Below, one piece after another: positions 8,929-15,665 of a DNA stretch of 22,120 bases. Numbering within the stretch: position 1 is the first letter of the stretch; the number at the start of each line of letters is the position of its first letter. This DNA comes from Deltaproteobacteria bacterium. GTDB taxonomy: Bacteria; Myxococcota_A; UBA9160; SMWR01. The translations under genes and the position numbers were made by a program. Location: the NCBI GenBank assembly GCA_032128375.1, contig JAQBGU010000043.1, positions 1-22,120 of the forward strand. Direction: 5' to 3'. The notes under the pieces are model-generated. The model did not search any database. It was not told the DNA's origin and saw only the letters and a program-made list of their open reading frames with translations.

Positions 8929-9807
8929 ATGCCCGCTTACCGCTTCTGCAGATCCGACGACATCGCGCTGCTGACCGACGCGCTGAACGCGTGCTATGTC
9001 GTTCACTTCGCGGATCAGGACTCGCTGTGCACCGCCGACTTCAAGCGAGAAATTCGCGAGCTGAACATCTGGAGTAGCAGCTGCATGCTGGCGTCGGCGG
9101 ACCTCGATCCCATCGCTGTGGTCACCGGCGCCAAGCGCGCGCATGGAACACTCATCCACCGGATCGGCGTCCATCCGGATTTTCTGCGACGAGGCCACGC
9201 CGCGCACCTGCTCGAGAGTCTGAGCCAGAAGCTCGCCGTGCTCGGCCCCCCACGCTTGCTGGCCGAGGTGCCTGACGACCTGCCCAGTGTGCGGCGTCTG
9301 TTCGAGGCCGCGGGGTATCAGGCGGAACAGAACTTTGCCGACTTCACACTGCACGAGCCGCTCGCTCCCCCTGCGCACGCTGGCGGCGTCGGCGTCGCGA
9401 GCCTGGACGATCTGTTGCGCTACGAGGCATTGGATCCGTCCGTGTCCCGTAGCTGGGACCGCGCACTCGAGACCCTGCAGAACCGCAAAGACCAGATCCA
9501 CGGACTGGCAATCGCATCCGATACTCGCGTAGAGGCTTGCGTGTTGTTTCGCGACCTTCCAAAGTCACGCCGGCGCGAGATCGTTGCGCTCAGCGGATCG
9601 ATGCAGCGGGGCGATACAGGACCCGACCCCTGGGTTCTGTTGGAGACCGTGGTTCGGGTCGCCTGCCAGGCCGGATCCATGTCGGTGACGATTCCCAGGG
9701 TCTCGAGCGAGGAGATCGCGTGGGATAGGCTCGAGTCGATGGGCTTTAGCCGAGAGCGGACCTACACCCGCTATGTGGCGACCCCGGACTCGAACACACA
9801 GTGGTGA
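8929..9807 (+). CDS. GNAT-family N-acetyltransferase (probably two GNAT-like lobes)
   Basis: IHRIGVHPDFLRRGHAAHLL acetyl-CoA-binding motif A, then RRLFEAAGY; a second ESMGF at the C-terminus. Confidence 0.72.
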   Translation: MPAYRFCRSDDIALLTDALNACYVVHFADQDSLCTADFKREIRELNIWSSSCMLASADLDPIAVVTGAKRAHGTLIHRIGVHPDFLRRGHAAHLLESLSQKLAVLGPPRLLAEVPDDLPSVRRLFEAAGYQAEQNFADFTLHEPLAPPAHAGGVGVASLDDLLRYEALDPSVSRSWDRALETLQNRKDQIHGLAIASDTRVEACVLFRDLPKSRRREIVALSGSMQRGDTGPDPWVLLETVVRVACQAGSMSVTIPRVSSEEIAWDRLESMGFSRERTYTRYVATPDSNTQW

Positions 9808-9823
9808 CGCCTCGGTGGCGCGC

Positions 9824-10736
9824 GTGAAGGGCTACTACGACATCGCAGGAGACGGAGGGTCCGACATCCTCGAGCAGGTCGCGGCCCAGCAGCAGAGCGT
9901 GGCAGCGAGTCTGTCGGGGGTCAGGAACCTGTTGGCGGTCGGATCCGGCAAGGGGGGCGTCGGAAAGAGTACGCTGACCATGCAGCTGGCCTTCGCGCTC
10001 TGCGAGCGGGGAAACGCAGTCTCGATCCTGGACGCAGACCTGAACGGCCCCTCGCAGGCCCGGCTGGGAGCCGTGCAAGACCGGATGCTGATTCCGGGTG
10101 AGAGCGGAGCCTCTGTCCCGATGACGCAGAACGGGATCGGCGTGGTCTCGATGGGTAGCCTGGTCCCCGAGCCGCGTTCCATCGAGTTCGAGAGTGTGGC
10201 GAGCGGGGAGTCGCACACCTGGCGGGCGACCCGGGAGTTCACGTTTCTGCGCGAGCTGCTGGCGTGCATGGACTGGGGCAAGCTCGATTACCTTTTGGTC
10301 GACCTACCCCCCGGGCGCCGAGCGGATCGTCCAGTACGCCGAATTGCTGGGCCCGTCGGCGTTGTTCGTGTTGGTCACGCTCCCCTCGGATCTGGCGACG
10401 GGGGTCGTGGCTCGTTCGATCGATGCGCTCAAGAAGACCCCCAACCAGATCCTCGGCTACGTCGAGAACATGAGCGGCTACTACTGCTCCGACTGCGGCA
10501 AGATCAAGCCGTTATTCCCCGCGTCGTCGCGGCTGAAGCTCGATCTCGCCTGCCTGGGCAGCATACCGTTCGACCCCGACCTGGCAGCACTCTGCGACCG
10601 GGGCGGCTCCCTATCCGAAATGCCCGCGTTGGTTTCCTGGCAACCCGTGCGGCGGATCGCGGACGAGGTCTGCCAACGCGTCGCCGAGCGCGCACCTGTC
10701 TTTGCACCTGTCATTGCACCCAAGGAGAAAACATGA
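9824..10736 (+). pseudogene. Mrp/ApbC/NBP35-family P-loop ATPase with a single +1 frameshift at 10307-10315 (pseudogene or sequencing error)
   Basis: First frame: AVGSGKGGVGKST, ILDADLNGPS, IGVVSMG, WGKLDYLLVDLPPG. The +1 frame continues AERIVQ...LVTLPS...ILGYVENMSGYYCSDCG...LGSIPFD to TGA at 10734-10736. Removing one base gives a ~303-aa protein. GTG start at 9824 is inferred. Confidence 0.85.
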
Positions 10737-11149
10737 AGTTCCTGTGCGTGTCATGCGATGAGGCCATGAAGCTGACCGACGCCAAGCCCCCCGATCGCGG
10801 CTCACTCACCATCGTGTATCGGTGTCCAAACTGCTCCCACGAGATCGCCATGCTGACCAACCCCTATGAGACACAGGTCGTCGGCTCGCTGGGGGTCCGG
10901 GTCGGTCCCGAGGCCGACGGAGACGCCAAGTGCCCCTTCCCCGGCGTGATGCAGGAGATGGGCGTGAGCCTGGACGCTTCGAGCGCGGCGTTCCCGTGGA
11001 CCGCCGAGGCCTCCGAGCGGCTGGCCAATATTCCCGAGTTCGCTCGCCCGATGGCCAAGACCGGGATCGAAAAGTTCGCGAAGGATCGCGGTCTGGCGCA
11101 GATCGATGCGCAGGTGCTCGAGCAGGCCAAGGATTTCTTCGGGATGTAG
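10733..11149 (+). CDS. Small protein (138 aa): CxxC...CxxC Zn-ribbon, KCPF motif and a C-terminal PCP_red-like module
   Basis: ATGA overlap with the Mrp stop and AAGGAG RBS at 10722-10727. MKFLCVSC...YRCPNC; FPWTAEASERLANIPEFARPMAKTGIEKFAKDRG..QIDAQVLEQAK. Confidence 0.85.
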   Translation: MKFLCVSCDEAMKLTDAKPPDRGSLTIVYRCPNCSHEIAMLTNPYETQVVGSLGVRVGPEADGDAKCPFPGVMQEMGVSLDASSAAFPWTAEASERLANIPEFARPMAKTGIEKFAKDRGLAQIDAQVLEQAKDFFGM

Positions 11150-11156
11150 CAGGCCC

Positions 11157-12389
11157 TCAGTCCGGCTTTGAAAATGGCATCTTGCCGAAGAACTTGGATC
11201 GCTCCTCGCCCGCCAGAGCGTCTTTCATGACCTCGGGTGTAATCAGTTGGATCCCATGGCGGACTGCGTAGGTTTCCAACCCTTGCATTACCTTCCCGCG
11301 GATGAATGCCAGAGGGATGCGGTCCAAGCGGGTCTGGGCTTCTGGGCTCCAACACACTGCCTCGGATTGCAGCGGTCGTCCGGTAGGCTGGTAGCGACAC
11401 GCGGGGTCTTCCTGGAGATAGTCGCCGTGGGCGGCATAAGCCCGGCACCGGCAGCCGCCGCACAACTCGTTGAACTCACAGCGGCCGCATCGTCCCTTGA
11501 GCTGCGCGGGGTCGCGAAGTTCGCTCAATACGGACGAAGTCCGCCAGATCTCGCCGAAGCTCTGGTCCCGCACGTTGCCTGCGACCACCGTCATGTAGGG
11601 ACACGGCGTCACGTCGCCTTGTGGCGTGATCCGGCAATACTGGGTGCCAGCCATACAGCCGCCGCTTTCCAGACCACCCACGCCGCGGGCGTAAGCGATC
11701 TGCTTGAACTGCGGCGCACACTTGGAGCGCACCAGCATGGGACGGTACTCATCCTGCCAGTCCACCAGGTTCGAAAGCATGGCTTCCGTTCGTTCGGGTG
11801 AGAGATCCTCCATCAGCTGACCGCGACCGGTCTGGACAAGAAAGTACAGATTGAAGGACCAGGCTCCCTTCTCGCGGGCAAACGCGAGCATCTGGGGAAT
11901 CTCGTCGTAGTTCATGTCCATGACCGTGGTCTGAACCAGGACTTGCAGGCCATTGGCGCGGCAGATGTCCAGCGCGTGTACCGAATGGTTCCACGCATCA
12001 GGTCCGCCACGGAAATGATCGTGTTTCGCCGGTTCGAGCGAATCGATGCTGATGGCCACGCCTTGCACGCCGCATTCGATCATCTTCCCGACGACCTTAT
12101 CGGTAATTAGAACTCCGTTGGTTCCCATCACGACCCAGATTCCCTGGGCTGATGCCGCGCTTGCGATGTCGAAGATATCCTTGCGCATCAGCGGCTCGCC
12201 GCCGGTCAGGATCAGCATTTCGGTGCCAAGAGCTTTCATCTCGTCGATCAGCTCGAGACACTCTCTTGTCGTTAGTTCATTGTCCGCTTTCTGGCCGCCC
12301 TCCATGTAGCAGTGAGGACATCGCAGGTTGCACATCCGGGTCAGGTTCCACGAGATCAGGGAGGGCTCGTACACTTGAGACGCCACCAA
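11157..12389 (-). CDS. Radical SAM/SPASM protein, AhbC/AhbD/NirJ-like, with a C-terminal PCP_red-like module
   Basis: ISWNLTRMCNLRCPHCY (CxxxCxxC), LTGGEPL, GTNG, SIDS, GRG, KCAP. SPASM cysteines in GCMAG...VTPCPY...CGRC....CGGCRCRA...DPAC. AAAGGAG RBS at 12394-12400; the start could be GTG at 12386. Confidence 0.88.
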   Translation of the reverse strand: MVASQVYEPSLISWNLTRMCNLRCPHCYMEGGQKADNELTTRECLELIDEMKALGTEMLILTGGEPLMRKDIFDIASAASAQGIWVVMGTNGVLITDKVVGKMIECGVQGVAISIDSLEPAKHDHFRGGPDAWNHSVHALDICRANGLQVLVQTTVMDMNYDEIPQMLAFAREKGAWSFNLYFLVQTGRGQLMEDLSPERTEAMLSNLVDWQDEYRPMLVRSKCAPQFKQIAYARGVGGLESGGCMAGTQYCRITPQGDVTPCPYMTVVAGNVRDQSFGEIWRTSSVLSELRDPAQLKGRCGRCEFNELCGGCRCRAYAAHGDYLQEDPACRYQPTGRPLQSEAVCWSPEAQTRLDRIPLAFIRGKVMQGLETYAVRHGIQLITPEVMKDALAGEERSKFFGKMPFSKPD

Positions 12390-12592
12390 TGAGCTCCTTT
12401 CGGTGTGCCGACGTGCGCGCCAATCGGAAAACCCGATCCACCAGGAACGGACGAAGAAGCACGATCATCGCCATCAGAGCCGCGCTTGCAAACGTCTGTG
12501 GTCACGACTCGACGGGCGTGATGCTAAGAACCGACTGATCGATATGCAAGCCAAGCCCAGCGGTGAAATCGTTTGTCGCCAGACGGGCGGGA

Positions 12593-12962
12593 TTAGAGGG
12601 CATCATGAGCCTGGTCCCCGCCCAGCAGACGTTCGCCGGCGATCTCGACGACTGCCTTCACCCAGGCGGCGCTCGCATCGGGCGCTGGAACGATTTCGAG
12701 GATCTCGCCGCCGTGTTGCAACCAGATCTCGCTGCCCCGGATCCGGATCTCCTCGAAGGTCTCGAGACAGTCAGCGACGAAACCGGTGATCACCACGACT
12801 CGGCGCCGGCCGAGCCGGGCCTGCTCTGTCAACACCTCGTCGGTGAATGGTCCGCGCCACGTTGGCAATGTCGAGCAGGCGCTCGTCCATCAGAAGCTGG
12901 CTCAGGTAGCGCCGCACTCCGGGCACGTCAGGGCTCGACGGTGTTCCGAGATTGATCAGCAG
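12593..12962 (-). pseudogene. hemH: Ferrochelatase remnant: N-terminal ~32 codons joined out of frame to the C-terminal ~90 codons
   Basis: From 12962 the minus strand reads LLINLGTPSSPDVPGVRRYLSQLLMDERLLDI (HemH N-terminal signature), preceded by an in-frame TGA. A different frame from ~12865 reads W.GPFTDEVL...GFVADCLETFEEI...GGE...VP......WV (HemH C-terminal signature). Confidence 0.85.
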
Positions 12963-13060
12963 TCAACCGATTTGGGTCGATCGATTCACGATTGCGGAAC
13001 TCGTAGCGGTTGTCGGTGTGGCTCTTCGAGCAGCTGCGCGATGCCCAGTTCGCTTCAACG

Positions 13061-13933
13061 CTACATCCCCGGAATCACACCGGTTGGGTTCTCGCCGGCG
13101 GCGAGCTTCTTGGCGCGTTCGACGAGCTGCTGCTCCATTTCCCCGCGACGGATCATGATCACGAAGTCGCCTTTCTTGATGCCGGCGACGGCATTCTGCG
13201 CGAGTTCGTCGAGGTCTTGGACGGGCAGCTCGATGCCGACTTTCTTCATCGTTTCCATGAAGTCCTCGAAGGTCGTCTCTGAACCCGCGGGTACCGGTTG
13301 CTCGCGCTCGAGCTCGGTCGGACGGTTGCGGCGCGTGGTCCAGATCCCGGTGGCGAGCAGTCCGCCCGACGGGTAGAAGATCGCCGCGCGCAGTTTCGTG
13401 TCGGCGGCGAGCTGTGCGTCGAGGCATTCTGTCAGGATCGAGACCGCCGCCTTGCTAGCCGCGTAGACGGACTGGGTCGCCAGCGGCGCGATTCCACCGT
13501 CGCCCGACGACGTATTCATCACGAAGCCCTCGTCGCCCGCTGCGATCATGCGCGGCACGAATGCCTGGATACCGTGCATGACGCCGCGCACGTTGACGCC
13601 GTGTACCCACGTCCAGTCGTTCGGAGTCGTCTCCCAGACTTTGAGCTGCGCGACACTCACACCCGCGTTGTTGCACAGCAAGTGGCACGCTCCGAAGGTG
13701 TCGTAGGTGTGGTCCGCGAGTGCTTCGAGCGCCTCGAATCGCCGCACGTCGGTCACCAGCGAAGACACCTCTCCCAGCGCCCCCAGCTCATCGGCGGTCG
13801 CATCCAACGCGGGCTGTTCGACGTCGGCCAGCACTACCTTCATGCCCTCGGCCAGAAACGCTTTCGCAAGCGCCTTGCCGATGCCGCTCGCGCCGCCTGT
13901 CACCACCGCCACACGATCTCGAAGTTCTTCCAT
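13061..13933 (-). CDS. Short-chain dehydrogenase/reductase (SDR)
   Basis: VVTGGASGIG, LCNNAGV, NTSS, YAASK catalytic motif; AGGAGG RBS. Confidence 0.95.
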   Translation of the reverse strand: MEELRDRVAVVTGGASGIGKALAKAFLAEGMKVVLADVEQPALDATADELGALGEVSSLVTDVRRFEALEALADHTYDTFGACHLLCNNAGVSVAQLKVWETTPNDWTWVHGVNVRGVMHGIQAFVPRMIAAGDEGFVMNTSSGDGGIAPLATQSVYAASKAAVSILTECLDAQLAADTKLRAAIFYPSGGLLATGIWTTRRNRPTELEREQPVPAGSETTFEDFMETMKKVGIELPVQDLDELAQNAVAGIKKGDFVIMIRRGEMEQQLVERAKKLAAGENPTGVIPGM

Positions 13934-14013
13934 GACTTCCTCCTGGATGGAACAATTTTATAGCGAAAGATACTATTGCATTCGACTGTACTATTACTCT
14001 AGACTTCCTCGCC
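13934..14013. promoter_or_regulatory. Divergent SDR/TetR promoter region with a candidate operator
   Basis: AT-rich 80-bp gap. Plus strand: TTGCAT (13976-13981), 18 nt, TAGACT (14000-14005). Minus strand: TAAAAT (13960-13955). Imperfect palindrome TGCATTCGACTGTA at 13977-13990. TACTATT direct repeat at 13971 and 13989. Confidence 0.55.
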
Positions 14014-14688
14014 ATGGCTAGCACTGAACCCGCGAGTCTCGCGAAAAACTGCGATGAACCGGCATCCGGGTCCACACGGCGGGACCGCCGGAAGCTCGAG
14101 ATGCGGGCTCGGATCCTGGAGGCGGCCGGCGAGTTCTTCGCGGAAAAGGGCTTCGGGGAGACCCGCGTCGTCGACATCTGTGAGCGCGCTGATGTCGCGC
14201 AAAAGACGTTCTTCAACCATTTTCCGACCAAGCTCGACCTGCTCCGCGAAATCGCAAACGCGGGTGTCGAACAGCTGATGTTCGAGATCGAGGACACCCG
14301 CAAGGCGGGCATCGGAACCCCCGAGCGGATCGCCCGGTTCTTCGACACGGTGGCTGCACACATTGCGGAAGCCGGTCCGAGAAATCGCGAACTGCTCGTC
14401 GAACTCGTTCACCTGATCAGCGGCGATGCCGCCGAGCGCTCCGAGCAGGTGCGTCGGCTGCAAGCGGCCTTCCGGGGCATCGTCGAAGACGGGCTCGCGA
14501 TCGGCGACGTCACTCGGCGGCACGATCCCCAAGCGTTGACCGAAATGATTCTCGGTGCCTACTACGTGTTGATTTTCAACTACGCGAACGTCGACGACTT
14601 CCCCGTTCGCGAGCGCGGTCGTGCGGCGGCTCGAATTCTGGCTGACGCGCTGGCACCGCACCCGGAGGAAACCGATGGCACGACGTGA
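14014..14688 (+). CDS. TetR/AcrR-family transcriptional regulator
   Basis: RARILEAAGEFFAEKGFGETRVVDICERADVAQKTFFNHFPTKLDL helix-turn-helix. Confidence 0.95.
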   Translation: MASTEPASLAKNCDEPASGSTRRDRRKLEMRARILEAAGEFFAEKGFGETRVVDICERADVAQKTFFNHFPTKLDLLREIANAGVEQLMFEIEDTRKAGIGTPERIARFFDTVAAHIAEAGPRNRELLVELVHLISGDAAERSEQVRRLQAAFRGIVEDGLAIGDVTRRHDPQALTEMILGAYYVLIFNYANVDDFPVRERGRAAARILADALAPHPEETDGTT

Positions 14689-15664
14689 AAAAGAGCATGT
14701 GCAACTTCCGATCCCGAACGGCTGGTTCGCGGTCGCGTTCAGTCGAGACCTGCGCGAAGGGGATGTGAAGCCGATCCACTACTGTGGCGAAGACCTCGTA
14801 CTGTTCCGCACGCGCTCCGGAGCAGCGAAGGTGCTGGACGCGTTCTGTCCGCACCTCGGCGCCCATCTCGGGTACGGCGGGCGCGTGATGGCCGAAACGA
14901 TTCGCTGCCCCTTTCACGCCTGGCAATGGGACGGCACCACTGGCGTGTGCGCGCACATTCCGTACTGCGAACGGATCCCCGCCACCGCGAAGGTTCGCGC
15001 CTGGGACGTCCAGGAAAAGAACGGCTTCGTCTGGATCTGGTATCACTCCGAAGGCGAACCGGCGAGCTGGGATTTCCCGGACGAGCCCGTCTTCGAAGGC
15101 AAAGACCAGGACTGGAGCGAACCGCGCGCGTTCGAAGTGGTGCTCGATGCGCACATCCAGGACACCCACGAAAACAACAACGACCCGGTGCACTTCCTGT
15201 ATGTCCACGGCGCGACGGAAATTCCCGTCTCGGACATCAGCTTCACGCCCGACAGCACCCACTATCGAATCACGAGCTGCCACGAGGCCGTGTACTCCCA
15301 CGGCACCTACGCAATGACGTTCCACCGGGATTCCTGGGGGCTCGGGCTCAACTGCATGGACATGCAGGGCATCCCGAATGTCGGGCTGCGGATGTTCGCG
15401 GCCACGACGCCGATCGACGCAAACAGCGTGCACTCGCGCTGGCTTCTCACCGCGACCCGGAACATGATCGACATCGCGGGTGAGGAATTCATGGTCAACA
15501 TCACTGCGGGCATCCAGCAGGATCTGGACATCTGGAAATACAAGGTCCACCGCGCGAACCCGGTATTCTGCGAGGGCGACCACTATCTCGGCGACTACCG
15601 CAAATGGGCGCGCCAGTTCTACACTCATCCGGTCGGCGACGTCCGGAAGCCGGAGGCCAATTGA
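14675..15664 (+). CDS. Rieske non-heme iron oxygenase, KshA/neverland-like (steroid hydroxylase/desaturase-type)
   Basis: P.GWF, CPHLGAHL...CPFHAW Rieske ligands, ENNNDPVHFLYVH mononuclear iron motif, C-terminal QDLDIWKYK...NP.FCEGD....YRKWARQFY. ATG at 14675 after GGAGG. Confidence 0.88.
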   Translation: MARREKEHVQLPIPNGWFAVAFSRDLREGDVKPIHYCGEDLVLFRTRSGAAKVLDAFCPHLGAHLGYGGRVMAETIRCPFHAWQWDGTTGVCAHIPYCERIPATAKVRAWDVQEKNGFVWIWYHSEGEPASWDFPDEPVFEGKDQDWSEPRAFEVVLDAHIQDTHENNNDPVHFLYVHGATEIPVSDISFTPDSTHYRITSCHEAVYSHGTYAMTFHRDSWGLGLNCMDMQGIPNVGLRMFAATTPIDANSVHSRWLLTATRNMIDIAGEEFMVNITAGIQQDLDIWKYKVHRANPVFCEGDHYLGDYRKWARQFYTHPVGDVRKPEAN

Positions 15665-15665
15665 C

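Noticed and set aside
9773..11149. 458-aa ORF as a genuine Mrp-PCP_red fusion protein
   Set aside because: The middle part is Arg-rich off-frame sequence. The real Mrp C-terminus is in the +1 frame, and the downstream gene has its own RBS and an ATGA-coupled start at 10733.
6814..12389. Photosynthesis or chlorophyll biosynthesis inferred from the PCP_red-like domains
   Set aside because: Only the small C-terminal module is present; there are no BchN/BchB catalytic domains or other bch/chl genes in the window.
12502..12504. In-frame TGA as selenocysteine or readthrough
   Set aside because: There is no redox-motif context, recognisable protein family or evident SECIS-like hairpin.
12952..12966. 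FNR-like box TTGAT-cagca-GTCAA
   Set aside because: The spacer is 5 nt rather than 4, and the site lies within hemH-derived coding sequence (LLIN).
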